In this document: piece after piece, positions 18,903 to 26,995 of the stretch | Layout of the letters: every line of letters starts with the position of its first letter | Position numbering within the stretch: position 1 is the first letter of the stretch | NCBI RefSeq assembly: GCF_036323395.1 | Contig: NZ_AP028907.1 | Span: 390,001 to 422,000, forward strand | Reading direction: 5' to 3' | DNA length: 32,000 nucleotides | From: Pyrodictium abyssi | GTDB taxonomy: Archaea > Thermoproteota > Thermoprotei_A > Sulfolobales > Pyrodictiaceae | The notes under the pieces: generated by a model | Database searches by the model: none | What the model saw: only the letters and a program-made list of their open reading frames with translations | What the model was told of the DNA's origin: nothing | Position numbers and translations under genes: made by a program

Positions 18903-19868
18903 CTACGCCGTGACCGTGGCCCCCTGGTTGTCGGGGGCTGCTATGTAGACTGCTCCGCCCCCGTTCTCGCTTAGCCACTCCCGGAGCCTCGCCGCCATCG
19001 CCCTGGCCTTCGAGAGGCTCGGCGCTATAGTGTAGAAGGTCGGCCCCCAGCTGGTCTGGGCAGCGCCAGCGGCGCCCAGGCTGTGGAGCAGCTTTATGCC
19101 CTCCTCGACCAGTGGGCAACAGTAGCGCCCCTTCTGCTCAGCTGCCCAGTACTCGCCTAGGAGGCCATTGAACTCCTCAAGCGCCTCGAGTAGCTCCTCG
19201 AGCCTAGCCTCGGCGGCAGCAGGCATAAGCTTCATGAGTACTATCCTCGACGCCCTCATAGCCATCTCCTCCGGCATAGATGGCATCGACTCTAGTACCT
19301 CGTCCTCCCTAGCCTTCAGCTCGAGTATCCGGGGCAGCGGCTCCCTGGGGATAGCTATGACGAAGCGCCAGCTCTCTGGCAGCTCGTACCTCGCTATGAG
19401 CGGGGGTATGTGGCGCCCCCGCTCCTCCAGGAGGAAGCCACCCTCGACAATCATGCCGCCCTTTGTGAAGCTGTAGAAGCCGAGAGCGGACACCGTGGAG
19501 CGGCCGAGAGCGAGAGCAGCGTCGGCGAGGCTTACGCCAGCGCCATACAGCAGCTGGTAGGCCCGGGCAATGGACAGTACCAGTGAAGTAGTGCTCCCCA
19601 TGCCTACGTGCCTCGGTATAGCCTCGTGGATCCGGATACAGATGTGTGGTAGGCCGAACTCGGCCCGTAGCCTGTCCACTATCTGCAGCGCGCGGTCAGC
19701 GTCGGGGCCCTCCACGCGGGTGTCCGGACAGCGCCACGCCTCCAGCACCAGCCTCGGCCGCGAGACTGTGAAGCCTACTGTGCCGTAGAGCCGGCCTAGG
19801 CCACCGTGGAGATCCATGTTGCCGGCGTGAAGGTGTGCAGGAGCAGACACGACAACTCTCTCAGGCAA
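18903..19868 (-). CDS. beta-ribofuranosylaminobenzene 5'-phosphate synthase-like GHMP-family enzyme
   Basis: 321-aa ORF with a TTG start. It has the N-terminal APAHLHAGNMDLHGGLGRLYGTVGF signature and a GHMP motif (PRHVGMGSTTSL). Confidence 0.7.
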   Translation of the reverse strand: MPERVVVSAPAHLHAGNMDLHGGLGRLYGTVGFTVSRPRLVLEAWRCPDTRVEGPDADRALQIVDRLRAEFGLPHICIRIHEAIPRHVGMGSTTSLVLSIARAYQLLYGAGVSLADAALALGRSTVSALGFYSFTKGGMIVEGGFLLEERGRHIPPLIARYELPESWRFVIAIPREPLPRILELKAREDEVLESMPSMPEEMAMRASRIVLMKLMPAAAEARLEELLEALEEFNGLLGEYWAAEQKGRYCCPLVEEGIKLLHSLGAAGAAQTSWGPTFYTIAPSLSKARAMAARLREWLSENGGGAVYIAAPDNQGATVTA

Positions 19869-20001
19869 TAATGCTCGCCTCCCTCCGCTACTGCTTCTCG
19901 TCCCCGCCTGCTAGCCCCGGGCAAACGAGCCCTTATGTACCGGCCTACGCCTAGCGCGGGTTAACGGGGAGCCCCAGGGGGAGCTGCGAGGAGTATGAGC
20001 C

Positions 20002-20700
20002 GTGTCTAAGCCCAGCATAGTCTCCAGGCTCGAGAAGGAGGCACCAGTCCTACAGGTAGCACTAGACTTCACGAGCCTAGAGGACGCCCTAGGCCTCGCC
20101 GCGGAGCTCCGGAGGAGCCTCGACACGCTATGGCTCGCCGAGGCCGGTACCCCGCTGATAAAGAGCGAGGGGCTCCGGAGCGTAGCCCTCCTAGCCCGGG
20201 TAGCTAAGCCGAACCCCGTCGCCGCGGACATGAAGACAGCTGACACTGGTGCGCTCGAGGCCGGCCTCGCAGCCAGGGCCGGGGCCTCGATAGTAACAGT
20301 GCTGGCGTGCAGCCTCGACGAGACCATAGCGGCGGCAGCGCGGGAGGCACACCGCTACGGCGCGGCGGTAGCAGCAGACCTCATAGCGGTCCGCGACCCC
20401 GTAGCCCGTGCAGAGCAGCTCGCAAGCCTAGGCGTAGACATAGTAGAGCTCCACGTTGGAATCGACGCCCAGAAGGCGCTAGGCATGACAGCGGCAGAGC
20501 TCCAGAACACTGTGAAGAAGATAGCTGAGAGGTTCCCCGGCCTCGTTGCGGTCGCTGGCGGGCTCAACGCCAAGACAGCGCCGGCGATGGTCGAGGCGGG
20601 GGCAGTGATAGTCATAGTGGGCGGGGCTATAACGAGGAGCGAGGACCCGGTGGCGTCGGCCAAAGCGGTTATAGAGGCTATAAAGAGGAGCCGGGCCTAG
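20002..20700 (+). CDS. OMPDC-suprafamily enzyme, 3-hexulose-6-phosphate synthase / KGPDC-like
   Basis: 232-aa ORF with a GTG start. It has LQVALD, the DxKxxD motif (AADMKTAD) and a C-terminal VAGGL...IVGGAITR phosphate-binding segment. Confidence 0.7.
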   Translation: MSKPSIVSRLEKEAPVLQVALDFTSLEDALGLAAELRRSLDTLWLAEAGTPLIKSEGLRSVALLARVAKPNPVAADMKTADTGALEAGLAARAGASIVTVLACSLDETIAAAAREAHRYGAAVAADLIAVRDPVARAEQLASLGVDIVELHVGIDAQKALGMTAAELQNTVKKIAERFPGLVAVAGGLNAKTAPAMVEAGAVIVIVGGAITRSEDPVASAKAVIEAIKRSRA

Positions 20701-21989
20701 GCCTCTCTCTTTTCCCCTCCTCTAGTCTCGGGCTCGCGGTATATCATCACTGGTACGCGCTCGCCCTTCTGGTACTGCCGGTTCTCCACTATAGCTAGGC
20801 CGTCGGCTTCACAGTTGCTCACAGTCACAGAGCTGTGCTGCCTCTCGAGAGGCAGCGGCTCCGCGTAGAGTTTGCCGTCCTCCAGGTAGAGCTTTACCTT
20901 GACCGGCTGTGGCCTCTTAGCACGTATGTCACCCGCCAGCTCTGCTATAGCCGGTAGTGGTGGCTCGACGCCGCGCACCACGTTGCCCATGTGCTTCAGC
21001 ACGTGGTAGACTAGCCTTATGAAGCCGTGGAGCGCCGACACTGGGTGGCCAGAGAGCGCTATCACGAGAGGCCCGCCGGGCAGCAGCATGGCGGAGGTAG
21101 GGCGGCCGCCCTTCACGAAGAGGCCGCGGAAGAGGACCTCCCCGCCCAGCATTTCAGCGAGCTGGTAGAACGGGTCGACGTCGCTCGGCCCGGTGCCGCC
21201 GGTGAGTATGACGAGGTCGAGGTGGCGCATCTGCCTGGTGAGGTACCAGGCTATGGTCTCCACGTTGTCCGGGAGCAGTATACGCTCCTCGACCACCGCC
21301 CAGGGGGTGTACCTGTCTATGGCCCACTCTATGAGCTTAGCAGTCGTCTCGGCGACCTCGCCGCGGAGTATACGCTGCTCAGCCTTAACGGGGTCGACTG
21401 GCTCGAACAGCTCGGTGCCGGTGGCTATGATGCCTACGCTGATGGGCCGGTACACCTTGACGCGGGTCACAGCGACGTCGAGTAGCCCGGCAACGTCCAG
21501 CATGGTGACCACGTGGCCGCGGGGGAGTAGGACCTGGCCCTTCCGGACATAGGCTCCTACAGGGTCGAAGTTCTTGCCAGCCGGGAACTCCTTCTCCACG
21601 ACAATGTAGTCGCCCTCTCTCCTCACAGCCTCCTCCGGGATGACAGTGTCAGCGCCCTCCGGGAGGTACGCGCCAGTAGACACGTAGACCGCTGTGCCGG
21701 GCTCGACCCGGTATTTCACATCTATCTTGCCTATAGTAGCCTCGCCCACCACACGGAGCCTGCCAGGCGTATCGGATGAGCGTATAGCGTAGCCGTCGTA
21801 GGCGGCTCTCGGCCGGGGCGGGAAGTCGTGCGGAGCCCGCACATCCTCGGCTAGGACCAGGCCTACAGCCTCCCACACCGGGACCTCAACGGCCTCTTCA
21901 ACCGGCTTGACCCGGGAGGCTACTATCTGGATGGCCTCGCTGACCGGGGTTAGCCGCTCCAGGTAGCGGGGTACACGCCTAGACGCCAT
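20697..21989 (-). CDS. moeA: molybdopterin molybdenumtransferase
   Basis: 430-aa ORF with the MoeA domain order and the MogA-like LILTGGTGPSDVD motif. A GAGGAG Shine-Dalgarno-like element lies just upstream of the ATG. Confidence 0.9.
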   Translation of the reverse strand: MASRRVPRYLERLTPVSEAIQIVASRVKPVEEAVEVPVWEAVGLVLAEDVRAPHDFPPRPRAAYDGYAIRSSDTPGRLRVVGEATIGKIDVKYRVEPGTAVYVSTGAYLPEGADTVIPEEAVRREGDYIVVEKEFPAGKNFDPVGAYVRKGQVLLPRGHVVTMLDVAGLLDVAVTRVKVYRPISVGIIATGTELFEPVDPVKAEQRILRGEVAETTAKLIEWAIDRYTPWAVVEERILLPDNVETIAWYLTRQMRHLDLVILTGGTGPSDVDPFYQLAEMLGGEVLFRGLFVKGGRPTSAMLLPGGPLVIALSGHPVSALHGFIRLVYHVLKHMGNVVRGVEPPLPAIAELAGDIRAKRPQPVKVKLYLEDGKLYAEPLPLERQHSSVTVSNCEADGLAIVENRQYQKGERVPVMIYREPETRGGEKREA

Positions 21990-22333
21990 GACTCCTCAAT
22001 CCCGTAAACGGCGGGGCACCCGGCCTCAACTTACGGTTTACGGGCGGCAGGGCCTCAGGCTATGTTCCCCGGTATTTCTGGGCTAGGGGGCCGTGTGTCC
22101 CGGGGTGCTACGGTGCCGCAGAGGGGTGGCCCCTCCACGTCGGGATAGATTCGGCCGGGGGTCTCCCGGTGCAGAGGAGGTTCCTCTTCCCAGACGCGGC
22201 TCCCAAGGTAACACCCCAGGCAGCAGCCCTCCTGCGCCCCGCACAGCCAGTGGTAGCTGTGTCGAGCTGGCTGGCCAGGGAGCGCCGGTAGCGGGGCCCG
22301 GTGGGCTGCGGAGAACGCGGCTGGCGGGGAGAG

Positions 22334-23542
22334 CTACCTTCTCCGTCTACGGGTTTTAGCGGCGGCCTCCGGGTAGACGCCAGGGTCCAGGTGCTCCTCC
22401 TCCACGAAGTTGTCGCCTAGCCGGATCCAGCCGAGGGTCACTCCCCTAACGCTCCCGGGCTCCAGGGCAGCGCCCTCGCGTACCCGGACAACAAGCCTGC
22501 CACGCTGCGGGCTAAACTGCTCCACGAGCGCGGGCTCGTCTACCCCGCTGGACAAGTGGAGCCCGGCTAGAAGCCCCCGCGCCCAGCCCGGCCTCAGCCA
22601 TACCCCGGCCTCGGGCCTCCTCTGGGACTCAACGAACACCGTCGAGCCGCAGCTATAGGCCACGGCGTCGCCAGCCACCGTGTAGGGACACACGTTGCCG
22701 ACAAGCGAGGCATCGAGGACCAGGCTCCGGCTCCTAGAGAACAGGGCGGCGTAGAGCCTCTGGCGGAAGCTCCTCCTGTCCACCCGGCTCCTCTCCCTCA
22801 GAAGCCCGGGGCTCGGCGCCCGGACCACCTCCAGCCCCCGGGCGGCAAGCAGCCGCGAGAGCTCGCCAGACTCGCCCCCCTCGCCGAGCACGACCACAGC
22901 GTCGGCCTCCACGGTCTCGGCGAGAGCGGCCTTGTAGAGAGCACCCCGGCCCCTCACGTAGCCGTCCGTGTCAACGACGAAGCCCCCGCCGCAGGCACGG
23001 GCGGCACGCACGGCTGCGGAGACCACGAGGAACCCGGCCTTCTCGGCCGAGACGTGGCCTACGAAGAACCCGCCAGCCGGCTCCACGTCTTGGAGCACCA
23101 GAGCCCTCCCGGTCCACGGTGCGTAGGCCACCATGCCGGGGAGCCCTAGCTCGTTCTGGCCCACATCCGCCTCGACCACGCACAGCTCGAGGCCGTTCCG
23201 CAGCCACGCTGTGAGCGTAGACTTGCCTGACTCCACCGGCCCGGCCACCACGATGCGGCGGGCACCGCGGCCTCGGAGGTCCTCCACGAGCCTGCTCCAG
23301 GCCTCGACTACGCTGAAGCCCTCCTGCACCACCCGGTAGGCGCCCCCGGCGCCCAGGTGCACGCAGAGCCGGGAGTCCTCGCGGACGTAGAACGTGAAGC
23401 CCCGCGTACCCCTCACAAGGGCCTCTCCGCCGGCCTCCACGGTGTAGCCGCTAGCGTAGACACTCCCCCCCTCAACCAGCACCCGGGCCGGCCCGGAGAC
23501 CCAGAGCCCCCAGCCGCTCTGCAGCTCGATGCACTCGGGCAT
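22334..23542 (-). CDS. Clp1/Grc3-type polynucleotide 5'-hydroxyl kinase
   Basis: 402-aa ORF with Walker A GPVESGKST followed by the Clp1-type EADVGQNELGLPG motif. Confidence 0.7.
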   Translation of the reverse strand: MPECIELQSGWGLWVSGPARVLVEGGSVYASGYTVEAGGEALVRGTRGFTFYVREDSRLCVHLGAGGAYRVVQEGFSVVEAWSRLVEDLRGRGARRIVVAGPVESGKSTLTAWLRNGLELCVVEADVGQNELGLPGMVAYAPWTGRALVLQDVEPAGGFFVGHVSAEKAGFLVVSAAVRAARACGGGFVVDTDGYVRGRGALYKAALAETVEADAVVVLGEGGESGELSRLLAARGLEVVRAPSPGLLRERSRVDRRSFRQRLYAALFSRSRSLVLDASLVGNVCPYTVAGDAVAYSCGSTVFVESQRRPEAGVWLRPGWARGLLAGLHLSSGVDEPALVEQFSPQRGRLVVRVREGAALEPGSVRGVTLGWIRLGDNFVEEEHLDPGVYPEAAAKTRRRRR

Positions 23543-23715
23543 ACCGCTCCCACCACTATACCCGGGCGCCAGCAGAGAGCTAGCACCTATTACCTACCGC
23601 CTGTCCTCTAACACATCCTCTGGGCAACCCTCAGCCCAGGCCCTAAACCCTACACCCCGGCGGCAGAGCCCCCGGGCCCGAGCCCAGGGGACAATAGCCA
23701 AGAGGTGGTGCACCC

Positions 23716-23931
23716 ATGGTACTGCTCCAGATAACCCGTAGAGAGGAACACCAGGTGGGTAAGTACCGCGTAACCCTGCTCTACGACAGCGAGGACCGCG
23801 TAGTAGGGGCAATGATAGAGGGCCCCAGGCTCAGCAAGCCAGTCTACATAGCCGTCCACGAGAAGACGGCGCCCAAGATACCGAAGCAGGTAAAGAAGTT
23901 CCTAGCAAAACACGGCTTCCAGGTAGCCTAG
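23716..23931 (+). CDS. small basic hypothetical protein
   Basis: 71-aa ORF with an ATG start preceded by GAGGTGGTG. Its Lys-rich composition is unlike the Arg/Pro-rich spurious frames around it. Confidence 0.45.
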   Translation: MVLLQITRREEHQVGKYRVTLLYDSEDRVVGAMIEGPRLSKPVYIAVHEKTAPKIPKQVKKFLAKHGFQVA

Positions 23932-23982
23932 GAGGCTCCAGGCCCCCGGGCCTCATGTTCTTTAGGCCGCAGAGGCCTCCCC

Positions 23983-25116
23983 TCAGCCCGTGACGATTCT
24001 GCCGAAGACCAGGCGCTCTATGAGCGTAGCCAGCTCCCTTAGTATCTTGTCGTCCCTCTTGTCCACCGGGAAGGCCAGCACGTAGTCCTTTCCGCCGGCG
24101 GGTATGCCCCTCCTACGCAGCTCCTGCAGGACCGGGGCAAGCCGGTGCTTCATGCTACGCGCGTAGACGAAGCCACGGCCCCTATCCGGGGCCCAGTGGA
24201 GCAGCACTACCACGCTCTCCGGGTGGCGGGCGGCAAGCCTCCGGCCCACGTACGACGTAACGTAGGCGTTAGACTCGACGTAGTAGACCATTATCCCCGG
24301 GCGCTGGAAGAGGAACCGGACACGCTCCATAGCAGTCTTCAGCGCCTTAGCCGCCTCCTCCGCCGCCCTCTGCAGCCGCCGGTCCTCCAGCACGTCGCCG
24401 GGCCGGGTAGCCCAGCCCAGCAGCTCGACAGCGTGCACGACGCAGTCCTCGTCGAGAAGCCGGTAGCACGAGTCCAGGAGCTCAACAGCCCTCGTCACGT
24501 CGCGTAGACTGTAGCCGCTCTCCTCCACAAGCCTCAGCGCAGCGCTATGAGCCCGCGGCCTATGCTCGAGCGCCGGCCCAAGGTCCCCGACAATGCCGAC
24601 GGCGGCTATCCAGCTACAGCCGCGCCTCCGGCAAGCCTCCCTCACGCCAGGGATACGGTAGGCTATAAACGTCGTAGAGGGCCAGTCCTCCTCCCCGCCG
24701 AGGCCCAGCGCCACCGGGTTAACGTAGACCAGGTTGCTCCTGCCTCGCGGCGGCTCGGCCAGGTGGTGGTCGATCACGGTGACCGAGCGGGGCGAGGCTA
24801 TCTCGGCGAGGTTATCGTACTCGCTCCCCGGCAGCCCATAGTCCAGTACGGCGAGCACGTCGGCGCCGCTCCCGGAGATGCGGCGCCAGGGGAGAGCCTC
24901 GAGGGAGTACACGCCTATACTGGGCGGGTACACGCCTGCAACACGGGCCCGGAGAGCCCGTAGCAGGAGAGCAGCTGATGCTATGCCGTCTGCATCCCAG
25001 TGCGACACTATGAAGATCCTGCCACTGGATAGGAGCCTCCACAGGTCCTCTACGAGAGCGCCTGGTACACCAGTATTATCCGCTACCATACCTACACCGG
25101 CTAGACGCGGCAGCAA
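23983..25116 (-). CDS. DHH family phosphoesterase (RecJ/NrnA-like)
   Basis: 377-aa ORF with DHH motifs: HWDADG (I), VIDHH (III) and GIVGDL (IV). The DHHA1-like C-terminus has AGGKDY in place of the usual GGGH. The track start is TTG 25116, and an ATG at 25089 is an alternative. Confidence 0.75.
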   Translation of the reverse strand: MLPRLAGVGMVADNTGVPGALVEDLWRLLSSGRIFIVSHWDADGIASAALLLRALRARVAGVYPPSIGVYSLEALPWRRISGSGADVLAVLDYGLPGSEYDNLAEIASPRSVTVIDHHLAEPPRGRSNLVYVNPVALGLGGEEDWPSTTFIAYRIPGVREACRRRGCSWIAAVGIVGDLGPALEHRPRAHSAALRLVEESGYSLRDVTRAVELLDSCYRLLDEDCVVHAVELLGWATRPGDVLEDRRLQRAAEEAAKALKTAMERVRFLFQRPGIMVYYVESNAYVTSYVGRRLAARHPESVVVLLHWAPDRGRGFVYARSMKHRLAPVLQELRRRGIPAGGKDYVLAFPVDKRDDKILRELATLIERLVFGRIVTG

Positions 25117-25252
25117 ACAGACTGAAATAGATATAACGCTTCAACCAGAGACTATAACCTGCAATCGCAGCAGACGGGCCATCGTGGGGCGGTAGTGGCA
25201 CCAAAGATATCAACGCCCAGGCCCCATAGCTAGGGGCCACTGAGGGACCGCC

Positions 25253-25534
25253 ATGCCCCGGGTAAAAGTGAAGCTGTTCGCCATATACTCCGAGGCAGCG
25301 GGCATCCGCGAACTAGAGGTAGACCTGCCCGAAAACGCCACAGTACTGGACCTCGCCCGGCTCCTGGAGGAGAAGTTCCCAGGCCTCCGCGGAGAACTAG
25401 TCGAGGGCAACGACATAAGCGAAGAAGCACGGGTGCTGGTCAACGGCCGCAACATAGAGTGGCTAGAGGGCAGCAAGACAAGGCTACGCGACGGCGACAC
25501 CGTAGCCTTCTTCCCGCCAGCAGCCGGCGGCTAG
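25253..25534 (+). CDS. MoaD/ThiS-type ubiquitin-like sulfur carrier
   Basis: 93-aa ORF starting MPRVKVKLFAIYSEAAG... and ending ...DGDTVAFFPPAAGG, directly followed by a stop. This is the diagnostic C-terminal Gly-Gly. Confidence 0.8.
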   Translation: MPRVKVKLFAIYSEAAGIRELEVDLPENATVLDLARLLEEKFPGLRGELVEGNDISEEARVLVNGRNIEWLEGSKTRLRDGDTVAFFPPAAGG

Positions 25535-25608
25535 CCCCAGGGGCTAGAAGGTTTAAAGCCCCCAGGCAAGGAACAACCAGTGCTAATGGAGGTCCCTGGC
25601 GAAGGGGC

Positions 25609-25686
25609 GGGCCCGTCGTCTAGCCTGGTTAGGACGCCGCCCTCACACGGCGGAGGTCCGGGGTTCAAATCCCCGCGGGCCCACCA
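25609..25686 (+). tRNA. tRNA-Val (anticodon CAC), genomically encoded CCA
   Basis: Hand-folded cloverleaf: acceptor GGGCCCG/CGGGCCC, D arm GUCU...GGAC, anticodon stem CCGCC/GGCGG with loop CUCACAC (anticodon 25644-25646), T arm CGGGG-UUCAAAU-CCCCG, discriminator A, then CCA. No intron. Confidence 0.95.
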
Positions 25687-25858
25687 CGTCCTTTTCACCT
25701 TCTTGTACTCCTCGTAGACGGCTCTGTGACGTGGCTACGGCTCTGAACGCTGTCCCTGTGGCATCAGCTTTAGGACCCGTGTCACGGCGGTAGTCTTGTC
25801 AACAACTATGAATTCTTGAGAACCTCGCCCACGGCTAGACGGGCTCGTGGATGCTCCT

Positions 25859-26338
25859 CTAGGAGCAGAGTGTTAGTACGTATTTTGGCCTCTTTCCATC
25901 CTCTACCGTGGCAACGATGTCCGCGTCTATGAGTAGGCGTAGTTTCTGCTTTACTGTGTTGCGGGATGCTTTTCCTCTTAGGCTGCGTACCCGTCTCGTG
26001 ATCTCGCTGATTGAGAGAGGCTCGCATGTGGATAGGGCTTCTACTATGGCTACTGCTATGGGGTCGTTGATGCTTCTAGCAGCTGCTATGGTTCTTCTGG
26101 CGGCTTCTAGAGCCTCGGCGGCTGGGAGCGAGAATGCTGCGACGAGCCTGGCGGCCTCGCCTACGGCGGCGATGAAGCCTCCTTGGAGGAGCTCCTGTAC
26201 TGCGGCGTTGAGCTGTTCGAGCATCTTCTCGACGCGCTCAAGCCGCCTAGCTATCTCCTCGAGGCCCCTTCTATCATCCACTCTCCATGCCCTCCGCGGC
26301 TGATCTGCATTGGCGGACGGGCTGGCGCCCCTGGTCAT
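25859..26338 (-). CDS. hypothetical coiled-coil + C-terminal winged-helix protein
   Basis: 159-aa ORF. The C-terminal wHTH-like segment reads IAVAIVEALSTCEPLSISEITRRVRSLRGKASRNTVKQKLRLLIDADIV. It lies in the lower-GC islet next to tRNA-Val. No family recognised. Confidence 0.55.
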   Translation of the reverse strand: MTRGASPSANADQPRRAWRVDDRRGLEEIARRLERVEKMLEQLNAAVQELLQGGFIAAVGEAARLVAAFSLPAAEALEAARRTIAAARSINDPIAVAIVEALSTCEPLSISEITRRVRSLRGKASRNTVKQKLRLLIDADIVATVEDGKRPKYVLTLCS

Positions 26339-26414
26339 GAAAGGAGATAGGGTGGAAAACTATGGCGGCTAGAGGGCGCCTAGACGCGGCTATGGACTTA
26401 GGGCCCCCTTCTTT

Positions 26415-26831
26415 CTAGCTTTCCTTCTCCTCATAATCTTCCTCAGCTTCCATGGCTACTGTGTTGCCCGTCTTGCTCAACAGTGCTAGTATCGCAGCTG
26501 CGCGTGCCGCGTTGAAGGGTACCATAGGGGTGGGGCTGAACGGCGTGCCTACTAGTGTAGCGGGTTTCGGGACTAGCTCTAGCCGATGCTTCAGGTACTC
26601 GTGGGTAAGCTCAGCGGCGGTGTCCCTTGGTAGACCGGCCTCGACTAGCGTGTTGTAGAACTCTGCAGTGTCCCTACCCACTTCCTTGCCATCAAGGCGC
26701 TTTACGACCTCGTCTACTAGGCCTAGGCGGAGGCGCTGCATGTTCTCAAGGAACTCTGTTACAGCCTGGAGCGCTTCTCTCAGCTCTTCTATGTTGAGTC
26801 GTGTAGGCTCTCTGGGCACCGGGTACACCAC
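26415..26831 (-). CDS. hypothetical helical protein with acidic tail
   Basis: 138-aa ORF lying 76 nt upstream of, and co-oriented with, 25859..26338. It ends in the acidic tail EAEEDYEEKES. No family recognised. Confidence 0.5.
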   Translation of the reverse strand: MVYPVPREPTRLNIEELREALQAVTEFLENMQRLRLGLVDEVVKRLDGKEVGRDTAEFYNTLVEAGLPRDTAAELTHEYLKHRLELVPKPATLVGTPFSPTPMVPFNAARAAAILALLSKTGNTVAMEAEEDYEEKES

Positions 26832-26995
26832 CTCCGGTGATCTCTGCTCCGTATAGCTTTAGCAGGGGCTGGTCACTGCTATCTCGCTTTGACATAGCCT
26901 CTGAGCAGCAACTCGATCAGCGCGGCTGGGGCCTCGGCTACGAGCCTCTAGGTGCGCTCTGCTGATAGTCCACCCGCTTGGATGTGCCCGGGGTT

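Noticed and set aside
22045-22333. RNase P RNA or SRP RNA assignment for the clp1-moeA spacer.
   Set aside because: I could not find the universal CR-I GAGGAAAGUCC or build a P4 helix with the CR-V-like GAGAACGCGGCU. For SRP, an AGCAGCC is present but lacks the preceding GNAR-capped helix-8 hairpin, and no UGUAAC Alu motif lies near the 5' end. It is kept only as an unclassified structured-RNA candidate.
23543-23715. ORFs 23529..23741, 23594..23812 and 23650..23859 in the clp1 / small-ORF divergent spacer.
   Set aside because: They overlap one another, are Pro/Arg/Gly-rich, and span a divergent promoter region. They are most likely GC-driven artefacts.
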